From positions 18,150-82,149 of the forward strand of contig DATGWJ010000024.1 of the NCBI GenBank assembly GCA_035299545.1: DNA of 64,000 bases, written 5' to 3'. This DNA is from Minisyncoccota bacterium. GTDB lineage: Bacteria > Patescibacteriota > Minisyncoccia > Phycocordibacterales > UBA9973. Shown here piece by piece: positions 53,094-63,447 of the stretch. The notes beneath the pieces were generated by a model. It saw nothing but the letters and a program-made list of their open reading frames with translations, had not been told where the DNA came from and did no database searches. Both the position numbers and the translations under genes were made by a program. The stretch's first letter is position 1; each line of letters begins with the position of its first letter.

Positions 53094-53306
53094 ATGGCAA
53101 ACTTCTATAAGAACTTCGCGACCGAAGAAGATTTGAAAAATGCAATCGGAAGATTATCTTATGAATGCAATTCCCCTACAGCACATTTTGTGCGAGTCAA
53201 CCAGGAAATAGGAGAATGTTTAACTTCACAGAAGGGAAACATTGTTACTTTTTCTTTCTGGACTGAAGATGGGAAAGTTGAGGTGAGTTTTAACCTTAGT
53301 GAATAA
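53094..53306 (+). CDS. hypothetical protein
   Basis: 70 aa with TTGACT promoter upstream and terminator downstream. Confidence 0.6.
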   Translation: MANFYKNFATEEDLKNAIGRLSYECNSPTAHFVRVNQEIGECLTSQKGNIVTFSFWTEDGKVEVSFNLSE

Positions 53307-53385
53307 TTAATTCAACCTGGAAAATCTGCCCCCGACCTATGTCAGGGGCTTTTTTATTGCTATTTTTTCATAACTATTTACCCCC

Positions 53386-53414
53386 TTGACTTTTACCCTA
53401 AAATATGCTATCAT
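53386..53414 (+). promoter_or_regulatory. sigma70-like promoter
   Basis: TTGACT-N17-TATCAT with TG extension. Confidence 0.75.
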
Positions 53415-53441
53415 TCACTAAATTATTAAATTCTTAAAATC

Positions 53442-53687
53442 ATGCAAATAAAGCCAGAAAAAGTTTTATTCTTGTGGGGAATCTTTTTTCTTATATTAAC
53501 AGTCGGAATACTTCTGTTACTGGTGATGTTTACTTCACTAGAAACGATAAGAGTGATGCTTGCTTCGATACTTTCAATCGGTGCCGCATGTGTATTTTTT
53601 ATTTTATCAATCATTTACGGTAAAATTGTAAAAATTGAAGAAAAAACTGAGACCACTGAGAAAAACAAATCAAGTGCACAGGTATAA
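53442..53687 (+). CDS. two-TM small protein
   Basis: 81 aa; promoter and terminator present. Confidence 0.65.
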   Translation: MQIKPEKVLFLWGIFFLILTVGILLLLVMFTSLETIRVMLASILSIGAACVFFILSIIYGKIVKIEEKTETTEKNKSSAQV

Positions 53688-53738
53688 CGATTAATTACCC
53701 AACATTAAAAGGCCCCGTATAACGAGGCCTTTTTTCTT

Positions 53739-54200
53739 TTACGGAAAAAGATTAGATCCTTCGATTTGTCTTTTTACATTTTCAAGTTCTTCTTTCGAAA
53801 GATTATGGAGAGTTTTAGCAAGAGAGATAGCCCTCTCTTTACTATCCAACAAAGAAGTAAAACCTCCCCTGTAATATATCCTACCATGTTTCATCTCACA
53901 GTTACATGTTTTGAAAAGAGCGACGTTTTTATTTGGATCAGAAAAAGAAATGAAAGATAGAAGCTCTATTAGTGCAGTAAAACCCTTACTTGATTTTTTA
54001 TAACCAGCAACATGATTACTCATATAATCATTATCCGGTAATACTTCTGAATCACGAAGCTGATTTGCTAATAGATTGAATTCTTCCTTATTTATTATCC
54101 TCTTGTAAGCCATATCCATAAGAAGACGTAACCCTTCTTCTTTGGATGTTATTGGATATTGACTCCAATAATCTTCAACCACCAAGTTTTTTGTATCCAT
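53739..54200 (-). CDS. hypothetical protein with internal helical duplication
   Basis: ITSKEEGL...I..S..LP and LDSKERAI...IEGSNLFP; CxCxxxH. Confidence 0.65.
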   Translation of the reverse strand: MDTKNLVVEDYWSQYPITSKEEGLRLLMDMAYKRIINKEEFNLLANQLRDSEVLPDNDYMSNHVAGYKKSSKGFTALIELLSFISFSDPNKNVALFKTCNCEMKHGRIYYRGGFTSLLDSKERAISLAKTLHNLSKEELENVKRQIEGSNLFP

Positions 54201-54394
54201 ATGAAAATAGTTTTTATTGTAGTGTATTTAAATCTATCCTATCATACTTCCCAAGAATGACAACTATTCCCAATTAAATTCTTCTTTATATATTAATTAC
54301 CCTAAATAAGGTATAATCAGGGTAGTTCATTCGCAATTGTATAATCGTGACTGAAGAAATTTAACCAAACCTAAGTCACATCAAACCCAAAAAA

Positions 54395-54892
54395 ATGGAT
54401 GATGCTAAGTTAAGATTCCATATTGAAAGGAACATTATGGAATCAGAGGAATTTAAAAGACAACTATCAGATAATAATTATCCTGATAGAGTTGTTAATG
54501 GGAACTTTATTGAATTTTCCGGAAAATTTTTTCCTTTTAGTACAAAATTTTTTATCCCGGAAAAATTTGAAAAGTATCTTGGCGAACAATCTAGTAGAGT
54601 AGAGCTTAGAATTTTCTCTATTAGAGAGGAAGAGATTGCGGAAATTTTACGAGAGTGTAAAGATTTCACTTTCTTATCACAAGAAATGGAAATAAGGTGG
54701 TATCAAGGCCCTCCGCATCTATTTAATCTCATTATTTCCAGTAAATGCTTCTCAGACATTCATAATGTTTATCAAGCATTTATACCTTACATCTTTCCAA
54801 GAAAAGTTTTTCCTATAAGTAATAACTATGTAAAGTACATTAGTTTATGGAAAAGAACTAAAAAAACAACTAGAAAAATCTTTAGTTCTTAA
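54395..54892 (+). CDS. hypothetical protein
   Basis: 165-aa ORF. Confidence 0.6.
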   Translation: MDDAKLRFHIERNIMESEEFKRQLSDNNYPDRVVNGNFIEFSGKFFPFSTKFFIPEKFEKYLGEQSSRVELRIFSIREEEIAEILRECKDFTFLSQEMEIRWYQGPPHLFNLIISSKCFSDIHNVYQAFIPYIFPRKVFPISNNYVKYISLWKRTKKTTRKIFSS

Positions 54893-55027
54893 AAAAATTA
54901 CCCACTAATAATTAATTATTAGTGGGTTTATTTATATCTTTTAAGCATCTATTTATCTTTTAAATCATTAGTGCTATTATTCTACTAAATATAGGTGACC
55001 CACCTTTCAGGGTTAAAAACTAAAGAA

Positions 55028-55255
55028 ATGGAATCCCTTACTTTATATCAAAAAATACTGATTCTAATGGTCTATTTGGGAATTGGTTTCATCATAACTT
55101 TTAATTATGATATGACCTGTAATAAGGAAAAGCCACTAGGGCGCTTTGATAGATTCTTTTATGTTTTACTTTGGGGAATAGCTCTTATTTCTTACCTATG
55201 GGAGGGAAGAGAAAAAACTGTTCTTAATTTAAAAAGGAAACAAAAAACCCGCTAA
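55028..55255 (+). CDS. small membrane protein
   Basis: ORF track 54995..55255; ATG 55028; two TMs. Confidence 0.55.
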   Translation: MESLTLYQKILILMVYLGIGFIITFNYDMTCNKEKPLGRFDRFFYVLLWGIALISYLWEGREKTVLNLKRKQKTR

Positions 55256-55299
55256 ACGAAGAAAACTCGTTTGCGGGTTTTCTTTTACTCAATTAAATA

Positions 55300-56214
55300 T
55301 TAGTGTAATTCTTCAACTTTGTAATCATTAAATAGAACATCCATAAAGTCTGTTCTTATTCCGGCTTTACCACTTGCATCTATAATACCACCAGAATCTA
55401 CACCATCATCAAGAGCAGACAAAGCAAGCTCCCATACCCCAGTATTACTGATATCTGTATAAAGATTTATTTCTACTTTTTTATCGAGAGTTGTTCGAAT
55501 TTCACTTTTTATTCCTATCCATGTCTCTTTGGGAATAAGATTTGGGGAAGTCAGACGATTATATTCTCCTGCTATTATTCTTTTTTCTGCGAGAGTATAG
55601 TAGACACCATTTTTCTTCTTTTTTATAACAACATGCCCATCGACACGAATCCCAGTATAATAAAGATTATCAGAATCAATATAACGACTAAATAATAAAA
55701 GTCCGTTTGATTCATTTCTATTTGAACTTTCACTTAAATTACTTGAAGTGACTTTGAAAAATGCTTGTTCAGAAAGATTATACCAACTACCCTTTGTAAT
55801 AAGACGAAAAATATTCTGAGGATGATAGCCGTTATCCGTATCTTCTTTATTAGCTCTAGAATATATTTTCCTCCATTTATCATCGGTAGGCAGTTCCCCT
55901 TGGATTGTCTTCCCTAATCCATCCTCAAGTATAAGTTTGCCTCCAGAGTTCACCCACCAGTAAGGACTTGTGCTTGTCATAATCGAACCTGACTCCTGGA
56001 GAACACCGACCGAATTAAATAAATAAGTGAATAGTGAATTATTTATTCTGTCTAAAACTTCATTCTGATTGTTTCTACTATTAATCACCATAGATGTAAG
56101 CCAGGTATAAGATATGGGATATCTAGATAAACGACTATTTAATAGAACACCAATAACTAATATTAGTGCTACTGCGATACTTATTTCTATATTTTTTTTA
56201 TTAAAAATTTTCAT
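55300..56214 (-). CDS. membrane-anchored ConA-like/beta-sandwich protein
   Basis: N-terminal TM; GKAGIRTDFMDVLF C-terminus; last gene of the polysaccharide operon. Confidence 0.7.
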   Translation of the reverse strand: MKIFNKKNIEISIAVALILVIGVLLNSRLSRYPISYTWLTSMVINSRNNQNEVLDRINNSLFTYLFNSVGVLQESGSIMTSTSPYWWVNSGGKLILEDGLGKTIQGELPTDDKWRKIYSRANKEDTDNGYHPQNIFRLITKGSWYNLSEQAFFKVTSSNLSESSNRNESNGLLLFSRYIDSDNLYYTGIRVDGHVVIKKKKNGVYYTLAEKRIIAGEYNRLTSPNLIPKETWIGIKSEIRTTLDKKVEINLYTDISNTGVWELALSALDDGVDSGGIIDASGKAGIRTDFMDVLFNDYKVEELH

Positions 56215-56257
56215 TTAATATTGATTGTTATTACTTTTTAATTATACACAATAATCT

Positions 56258-57796
56258 TTATTTTTCCTGCACCGACATTTCAGAAAAAGTTATTGATCTC
56301 TCTTTTAAAACAGAATCCCATATACTCAAACCAATACCCCCATTTTTTATTTTATTAGAATGATTCATTTGAATAAGTTCTTTCCCGTTCTGATAACACG
56401 AAATCATCTTATCATCGACCGACATACCTAAAGTATTATTATTGAAAGCTATTTTATTATGATATTCTATCTGTTTTAGAACAGAAGAAATACCATTTAT
56501 TTTTTCAGAAATTTTTATATATGCGTTCGTAAAAGTACAAGATAGATTATCCTCTTCGTCTTTATATCTAGAATAAACTGTGACAGAATCTACCGCATCT
56601 CCTTTTATTTTTGTTTGGAAATTATAATTTGTCCACCCATAAGTTCCATCCAGAAACGCCCCTGAACCAGATTTCTCTAATGTAGTCGTAAGAATTAAAG
56701 ATGAATCTTCTTGGATAATATTCCCCCATATTCTTTTCCATATATTTAATTTACCAAACATATTATTATAGGGTAAAGTTTTTGGCTTGGTAGCTTCTAA
56801 AACATTTAATAATTTTGCTCCATCCCAATTGTTTTCAGGCTCTATTCTATGTAAATAATACATATTATTATTAGGATAATTGAATGTGTATTGATCATCA
56901 CTTAAAGAAACCTGTTTAAATGCCATGGCATAATTTTCTTTAACATATTTTAGAATAGTATCTATAGCATTCCCCCCATTATTTACTGACTGCTGACCAT
57001 AATCACTAAACGGGTACGCAAAGGAATTTATTGAAACATTGAAAGTTTTCTCTAATAAATTTTTTGATTGACCAAGCTCTGTTTTTACTCTATTGTCGTA
57101 TTCTTCATCACTTTCTACTCCTTCTTCATCTGAAATCCACATTTTATTACTCAAGAAGTTGGCTTTGATCCCGCTTTTAGAGATAGGAATAAATCCGCCA
57201 GTTTGTTGCACTGCATGTGAACCTAGTTCCCACCTACCTGACTTAATCATAGTCTTTAATAGACTAGTATTAAGGTAATAACCAGTCCCATTATTAGCTC
57301 TACTTAAAGTGCTTTCAGTTGGAGTAAACATTACAGCATTATAATCAAGTAATTTTAATACTGGATCCCCTCCTAGAAAACTATCAAGACGAGCATCATC
57401 AAATGTTAATAGAAAAGATTTTTCTGGTAAATTTTTCTTATTATTTAAGAAAAGATACAAATCATTCATTGTAATTGTTTTATATCCAGCCTTTCTTAAT
57501 GTGCTCATCTGCTCCAAGAACTGATCTTCTGTTATATTAAATCTGCCTGGTATTTCCGTGATGCCATGATACAGCAAAACAGGGATAGCAGAAGCATTGT
57601 TTGAATTACTGTCTTGGTTATTTAGAATATCTCCTAAAGCAAATTTATATCTAAGATAAGATATTTGTTGTGTTAATGCTTTATAAGAAAAATAAGGTTT
57701 ATCTCTTAAAAGAAAACCACTTAAAACTATTACAGCTATTAATAATATTATATATAAGATGAAAATTTTTTTTCTTTTTAAAATATAAGCTTTCAT
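56258..57796 (-). CDS. CE4 polysaccharide deacetylase (IcaB/PgaB-like) with C-terminal beta-sandwich
   Basis: IPVLLYH, LTFDDA, ELGSH, FAYPF. Confidence 0.9.
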   Translation of the reverse strand: MKAYILKRKKIFILYIILLIAVIVLSGFLLRDKPYFSYKALTQQISYLRYKFALGDILNNQDSNSNNASAIPVLLYHGITEIPGRFNITEDQFLEQMSTLRKAGYKTITMNDLYLFLNNKKNLPEKSFLLTFDDARLDSFLGGDPVLKLLDYNAVMFTPTESTLSRANNGTGYYLNTSLLKTMIKSGRWELGSHAVQQTGGFIPISKSGIKANFLSNKMWISDEEGVESDEEYDNRVKTELGQSKNLLEKTFNVSINSFAYPFSDYGQQSVNNGGNAIDTILKYVKENYAMAFKQVSLSDDQYTFNYPNNNMYYLHRIEPENNWDGAKLLNVLEATKPKTLPYNNMFGKLNIWKRIWGNIIQEDSSLILTTTLEKSGSGAFLDGTYGWTNYNFQTKIKGDAVDSVTVYSRYKDEEDNLSCTFTNAYIKISEKINGISSVLKQIEYHNKIAFNNNTLGMSVDDKMISCYQNGKELIQMNHSNKIKNGGIGLSIWDSVLKERSITFSEMSVQEK

Positions 57797-57800
57797 ATAA

Positions 57801-59135
57801 TTAACGAGTTCCCCATTTTCTATTTTGAATTGATAATACGGCATAAAAAAGTACGAAGGAGAGGATGAACATATTTAGTGTAGACCATGCGAAAACATAC
57901 GGCCAATATTTATTTTTTCTTTCAACAAATCTATAGAAAACCGTTACGAGAGCAGCAATAAGAAACACTCCCAAAAGATAATACCAAGGTGCAACTTGAT
58001 GAACTAAAGTATTATAAAATAATGCTTTTAGAGCCATAAACGGGGCAAGTATTGTAATGAAAATTAAGGGGAAAAAATATGTTAGAGCTACGAATAATTG
58101 TTTTTTGAGAATAAATTTGGATGCAAAAATAGAATTGACAAGCCATCCTTTTTTCCAACGAACTTGTTGTTTTAATAATTTTTTTAAAGTATTTGGACAT
58201 ATAGTAAAAGCTTTTGCTTTATTAGTATAAATTGTTTTACGGTCTAGTTTGATCACCCAATTAGTTAGAGCTCTGTCGTCTCCCCAAGTTACTGGTAAAG
58301 ATAAAAATTTCTCATTTATCCAGCTATCTAAAATTGGCACAACTAAACTCCTCCTATAAGCAGAAGAACATCCCGAGCAACAAAATACAGTAAAGAATGA
58401 TGACTCTGCCGCTTTAAGAACTCTAAAAGATACAAAGTAATATGCTGTTTGCATTTTGGTAAGAAAATTTTCATCCGCATTTTCAGGGTCAGCGTGAGCA
58501 CATACAGCTCCTATCTCTTCATTCCTAAAAGGATCTATAAGCTCTCGAAATGTTTCCGGAACTATGTAACTATCCGAATCAAGCTGAACAACTATCTCAC
58601 CGTTTGCTTTTTTAAACCCTTCATACATTGCATGTCTCTTACCTTTATTTTTTTTGAAATCAATAATAATAAGCTCGGGGAATTTCGTATTTTTAAGACG
58701 ATGAAGAACTTCATAGGTGTTGTCCGTACTTCCATCATTCACAACAATTACTTCCAATTTATTTCTGGGATAATCTGCTTCAAAACATTTAGTTATGGTT
58801 TTTTCTATGGCTTCTCCCTCGTTGTAACAAGGAATAACAAAAGAAGCTCTTGGTTCATAATCTTCCCTTCTTGCCACCAAAGATTCAGCGTGGGTTATGT
58901 GATGTTCATTATTATAAAATATTGCTGCTATCAGTCTAGATAATTCAAAAGTTGTAATTAATATTGTATAAGCAAAAAGTAACGGACCGGTATGATTTAT
59001 AACAGTGGCCTTAGATTTAATTAAAATTATCAAAAATAAAAAGAATAAACCAATAATTGCAAGACTTATATAATAAATATAATTCCCTACTATCCATCTT
59101 GCTGTTCTTCTCATTGTTTGTACTCCATTTTTCAT
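57801..59135 (-). CDS. processive GT2 glycosyltransferase (hyaluronan synthase/NodC/IcaA-like)
   Basis: NDGS, GKRHAM, DSDS, GDDRALTN, QQVRW; several TMs. Confidence 0.92.
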   Translation of the reverse strand: MKNGVQTMRRTARWIVGNYIYYISLAIIGLFFLFLIILIKSKATVINHTGPLLFAYTILITTFELSRLIAAIFYNNEHHITHAESLVARREDYEPRASFVIPCYNEGEAIEKTITKCFEADYPRNKLEVIVVNDGSTDNTYEVLHRLKNTKFPELIIIDFKKNKGKRHAMYEGFKKANGEIVVQLDSDSYIVPETFRELIDPFRNEEIGAVCAHADPENADENFLTKMQTAYYFVSFRVLKAAESSFFTVFCCSGCSSAYRRSLVVPILDSWINEKFLSLPVTWGDDRALTNWVIKLDRKTIYTNKAKAFTICPNTLKKLLKQQVRWKKGWLVNSIFASKFILKKQLFVALTYFFPLIFITILAPFMALKALFYNTLVHQVAPWYYLLGVFLIAALVTVFYRFVERKNKYWPYVFAWSTLNMFILSFVLFYAVLSIQNRKWGTR

Positions 59136-59398
59136 AGTTGAGAGACATAAAAAGCTACTTATGCATTAATTAATCTAATAATAAAGCTTGTGTTCTTCTT
59201 ACTCTGCGATTATGAAATTTTGAGATAAACTAGCATCGAATATCTAGTTGGTTGTCTATATAGATTATAGACAACATCGGACTTTAATTGTAACATATCT
59301 GTCCCAATGTCCCTAAGATATAAATCTGCATTATATAGTAGTAAAATAATAGCTTTTTGTAATAACCTTATAAAATCATTTTGTGCTAGAATATCATT

Positions 59399-60826
59399 AT
59401 GAAAACAGAACCAAAATTAACAGTTTCAGGATACAGGGGTGTCTGGCAAGTAAGTTTGACGGATAAGATTGTAGAAAATTACACTCTTGCTTTTATAAAG
59501 TTTGTAAAAGAAAACATAAATAATAATCCGACCATACTTATAGGTCGAGACGGGAGAGAAAGCGGACCAGTTATAAAAGAGACAATAATAAAAACTTTCA
59601 ACAATCTGGAAGTTACTTTTATAGACGGTGATATTCTTCCAACTCCAACAGTTTTATTTGCAGTAAAGAAACACGGATACGATGGAGCAATAATAATAAC
59701 AGCAAGTCATAACCCAAGAGAATATAATGGATTAAAATTTGTAACAAACAAGGCACTATTCACAAATGAAGAAGAGGTAGAAAAAATAAAAGAAAATTAT
59801 GAAGAAATCTTGCGAGAGAATGTTGTTTTGGGAGGGCTTGGGAGCGCGACGGCGCGAGCACGAGGAATTTTTCAGCAGAAAAATATCCGTGCCTCCCAAA
59901 ATAATATTCTTTCGCAAGATTTTAATCTTCCAATGGAACACGCTGACCAAATTCTAAAACATATCAACATAGAGAAAATTCGTTCTCGTAAATTTAAAGT
60001 TGCTGTAGATATGATAAACGCTTCGGCTTGTGTTGTTGACCCATATCTTTTCGAAAAACTTGGAGTAGAACTTGTGCCTTTAAATAATATCCCTGATGGA
60101 AAATTCACTCATACGCCTGAACCACTCCGAGAAAACTTGGGAGATATAGCAAAGCTTGTGAAAGAAGAAAATTGCGACCTTGGTTTTGCTCATGACCCAG
60201 ACGCAGATCGACTTGTAGTAATAAATGAAAAGGGTGAAGTTATTTCTGAGGAATATACACTTGCTTTCGGAGTAGAAGCAGTAATGTCTAGACCTGAAAA
60301 CAGAGGAGGAAAAGTCGTCATAAATATGAGTACATCTCAAATGAATAAAGATATAGCTCTGAAATACGGTGGTGAATGTATCCGTACAAAAGTCGGTGAG
60401 GCAAACGTAGTAGAAGGAATTAAAAATAATAATGCAGTTATTGGCGGAGAAGGTGGAGGCGGAGTTATATACCCTACTATTAACACTGCACGAGATAGCT
60501 TCGTAAGTCTAGCTTTAATTCTAGAATTACTAGCAGAAAGAGAAAAAACTGTAACCGAATGTATAGAACTTTTACCTAAATATGAAATGCATAAAAATAA
60601 AATACCAGTAATTGGAGAACTTAGAGAGATGTATACAAAAATGAAAAGTGGGCTTAAATATGAAAAAATAAACGAATTAGATGGCTTACGGTTAGACTTT
60701 GAAGATAGCTCTTGGATCCATTTACGCCCATCAAATACCGAACCTGTTGTCCGATTAATAGGAGAAGCAAGGACTAAGGAAGGTATAGACCAGCTTTTTA
60801 AGGATACAGAAAGGGTACTTGCCTAG
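59399..60826 (+). CDS. alpha-D-phosphohexomutase (PMM/PGM/GlmM family)
   Basis: TASHNP, DPDADR, GGEGGGG, RPSNTEP. Confidence 0.93.
   Translation: MKTEPKLTVSGYRGVWQVSLTDKIVENYTLAFIKFVKENINNNPTILIGRDGRESGPVIKETIIKTFNNLEVTFIDGDILPTPTVLFAVKKHGYDGAIIITASHNPREYNGLKFVTNKALFTNEEEVEKIKENYEEILRENVVLGGLGSATARARGIFQQKNIRASQNNILSQDFNLPMEHADQILKHINIEKIRSRKFKVAVDMINASACVVDPYLFEKLGVELVPLNNIPDGKFTHTPEPLRENLGDIAKLVKEENCDLGFAHDPDADRLVVINEKGEVISEEYTLAFGVEAVMSRPENRGGKVVINMSTSQMNKDIALKYGGECIRTKVGEANVVEGIKNNNAVIGGEGGGGVIYPTINTARDSFVSLALILELLAEREKTVTECIELLPKYEMHKNKIPVIGELREMYTKMKSGLKYEKINELDGLRLDFEDSSWIHLRPSNTEPVVRLIGEARTKEGIDQLFKDTERVLA
59805..59922 (+). mobile_element. palindromic element in-frame within the phosphohexomutase
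   Basis: 31-bp arms (28/31, three G:T) around a core shared with 63478..63522. Confidence 0.8.
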
Positions 60827-60905
60827 AAAGCAATAATATGCTAAATTAACAGATGTGGGACTGCCCTTAGGTAGTCAGAAGAATCTATTTATATCTATCG
60901 GGAAT

Positions 60906-61442
60906 ATAAAATTGAGAGAAAGAATAAACAATCAAATAAGAGCGCAAGAGGTTCGCGTAATCTCAAATGATGGAGTTAATCTTGGTATTTTAAGTATCAA
61001 GGAGGCTCTAAATATGGCAAGCGACCAAGGACTAGATTTGATTGAAATTTCCCCCAATACCAATCCTCCGATAGTAAAAATAGCAGAATACGGTAAGTAC
61101 AAATACGAGCAAAATAAGAAGTTAAAAAAGGCAAAAGCTGGAGCTAAAACAACAGAAACCAAATCAATTCAAATAAAGATTGGGACTGGAGACAATGACC
61201 TAGCTTTAAAAGCAAAAAGGGCTTCGGAGTGGCTTAAAGAAGGTCATCGCATAAAAATAGAATTATTCTTATCAGGACGTTCCAAATTTATGCCAGATTC
61301 ATTCTTAAAAGAACGTTTAGATCGTGTAATTCACCTTATTACTGAAAATTTTAAAATAGCAGAGGACTATAAAAAAGGTCCTAAAGGTCCAACCATTACA
61401 ATAGAAAAGGATAAAGGAGCAACAACTTCGGAATCCAAGTAA
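60906..61442 (+). CDS. infC: translation initiation factor IF-3 (non-ATG start: ATA 60906 or TTG 60912)
   Basis: RINNQIRAQEVRVI, GLDLIEISP..PP.VKI..YGKYKYE; precedes rpmI-rplT. Confidence 0.95.
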   Translation: MKLRERINNQIRAQEVRVISNDGVNLGILSIKEALNMASDQGLDLIEISPNTNPPIVKIAEYGKYKYEQNKKLKKAKAGAKTTETKSIQIKIGTGDNDLALKAKRASEWLKEGHRIKIELFLSGRSKFMPDSFLKERLDRVIHLITENFKIAEDYKKGPKGPTITIEKDKGATTSESK

Positions 61443-61446
61443 ATAT

Positions 61447-61638
61447 ATGAGTATAAAAACAAATAAATCTTTAACAAAGCGTTTGAAAGTTACCCGAAAA
61501 GGTAAAGTTTTGGCTCGTGCTCCTGGATTTAACCATTTTAATGCTAAGCAATCACGAACAAAACAATTACAAGGCAAAAAGATGAACACAAAAGTATTTT
61601 CAAATAAAAATGTCAGAACTTATCTCCCTAACGCATAA
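61447..61638 (+). CDS. rpmI: 50S ribosomal protein L35
   Basis: KTNKS..KR.KVT..GK...NH; synteny. Confidence 0.92.
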   Translation: MSIKTNKSLTKRLKVTRKGKVLARAPGFNHFNAKQSRTKQLQGKKMNTKVFSNKNVRTYLPNA

Positions 61639-61667
61639 ATAAAATTACAAACCAATAAAACAATATT

Positions 61668-62009
61668 ATGACAAGAGTAAAAAGAGGAACAATAAAAAAT
61701 AAGCGTCGAAAAAATCTACTTTCCCAAACAAAAGGATTCCGTTTTGGACGAAGTACAAAAAAGATACAAGCCAAAGAAGCACTTCTTCACGCAGGAAATT
61801 ATTCTTTCGCTCACCGTAAAGATAAGAAGGCAGATGCTCGCGCAGTTTGGGCCACAAATATTAATGCTGCAGTTCGACCACTTGGAATTTCATATAGTAA
61901 ATTCATTGATGGATTAAAGAAAAAGAATATTACTGTGGATAGAAAGATTCTTTCAGACATAGCAAAGAATAATCCTGAAACATTCGCAAGAATAGTAAAA
62001 AGTATATAA
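61668..62009 (+). CDS. rplT: 50S ribosomal protein L20
   Basis: MTRVKRG, INAAVR..GISYSKFI, DRKILS. Confidence 0.97.
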   Translation: MTRVKRGTIKNKRRKNLLSQTKGFRFGRSTKKIQAKEALLHAGNYSFAHRKDKKADARAVWATNINAAVRPLGISYSKFIDGLKKKNITVDRKILSDIAKNNPETFARIVKSI

Positions 62010-62046
62010 ATCAAAAATAAAAAGCCTCCATCTGGAGGCTTTTTAT

Positions 62047-63417
62047 TTAGCATTCTATTATTACCGACTCTCCAGATGAAGGAGTGAGAGCATTTACTCC
62101 GAATGTATCCTTTAATTTCTGAGCCAAATGCATTGATGATTTTGGCTCCCCCATAGCCAGGAATACTTTTTTCAATGTACCCACAGTATTCCCGACAAAT
62201 TCTACTAAATGATCTGAATCTTTATGACCAGAATAACCATCAATTATAGCGATCTCGGCACGAACACGAACTTCTTCCCCTAAGATATGGACTTTCTTTG
62301 CCCCATCACTAATTAAACGCCCCATAGTTCCAAGTGTTTGATACCCTGTTAATAATATTGTATCGTCTTTATTTGGAAGATAATTCTTTTCATGATGAAT
62401 AATTCTACCACCATTAGACATTCCACTCCCTGCAATGACTATCTTAGGAGGTCGAACTGTAAGTATTGCTTTGGATTCCTCTGTTTCCATAGTCTTTATT
62501 AACCCTGGAAATTCAAAAAGTTTGTCTCCTGTCGCGATTATATCCCTAGCCCTTTGATTAAAATATTTATCATATTTCAAGTAAACATCCGTAAGGCGAA
62601 TTGAAAGAGGTGAGTCTAGGAATATAGGCATTTTCGGAATTACATTATTTTCCACTAAAGAATTTATTTCATAAAGTAATTCTTGTGTACGTTCAAGAGA
62701 GAAAGCTGGAATAACTAGTGTGCCATTATTTTTGTAATTCTTTTTTATAACTTCTTCCAACTTCTTCTTTCTTTCTTCTCTCTTTTCATGATTCCTATCA
62801 CCGTAACATGATTCCATCACCATATAATCTGCATCATTTATGACATCCGTATCTGGTAACAGAGGTGATGGAGAGTTACCTAAATCACCCGTGAAAACTA
62901 TTTTCTTTCCGTTATAAATTATTTCCAACATTCCAGACCCCAGAATATGCCCAGCATCTTTGAATGAAAATTGAAACCCATGGTCCACATTTAACTTTTG
63001 TCCATACTCTAATGTCTCCCATATATCCATCGCCTTCTTAATATTCTCGGCTGTATATATTTCTGATAAATTATGCTCAGTATCTCGAGATAATAAGTGA
63101 GCTGTATCTTCGAGAAGTATTTCTGTGAGTTCCTTTGTGGGAACAACAGAAACTATTTTGCCTTTAAACCCTTCACTTATAAGCTTTGGTATACGTCCAA
63201 TATGATCAACATGGCTATGAGTAACAAAAAGTATATCTATAGAGGAAACATCATATGGAAATTTATCCCAGTTTGAGTCGTCAGCCAATTTATCGCCCTG
63301 AATTAACCCGCAATCTATTAAAAATTTCTTCCCATTGCCTTCTAATAAAAAATTAGACCCTGTCACGGTCCCAGCTCCAGAACAAAACGTTATTTTTAGG
63401 TTTTTTTCATTTTCCAT
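62047..63417 (-). CDS. MBL-fold beta-CASP ribonuclease
   Basis: THSHVDHIG, AGHILGS, GDLG, ESCYG, GYSGHKD. Confidence 0.92.
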   Translation of the reverse strand: MENEKNLKITFCSGAGTVTGSNFLLEGNGKKFLIDCGLIQGDKLADDSNWDKFPYDVSSIDILFVTHSHVDHIGRIPKLISEGFKGKIVSVVPTKELTEILLEDTAHLLSRDTEHNLSEIYTAENIKKAMDIWETLEYGQKLNVDHGFQFSFKDAGHILGSGMLEIIYNGKKIVFTGDLGNSPSPLLPDTDVINDADYMVMESCYGDRNHEKREERKKKLEEVIKKNYKNNGTLVIPAFSLERTQELLYEINSLVENNVIPKMPIFLDSPLSIRLTDVYLKYDKYFNQRARDIIATGDKLFEFPGLIKTMETEESKAILTVRPPKIVIAGSGMSNGGRIIHHEKNYLPNKDDTILLTGYQTLGTMGRLISDGAKKVHILGEEVRVRAEIAIIDGYSGHKDSDHLVEFVGNTVGTLKKVFLAMGEPKSSMHLAQKLKDTFGVNALTPSSGESVIIEC

Positions 63418-63447
63418 GTGCCCTTTATTATACATTATAAAGGGAGA

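Noticed and set aside
58449-58943. Antisense or nested ORFs inside well-supported genes (e.g. 58449..58943, 41336..41779, 14624..15022, 44748..45194)
   Set aside because: Shadow frames of conserved genes with no independent motifs.
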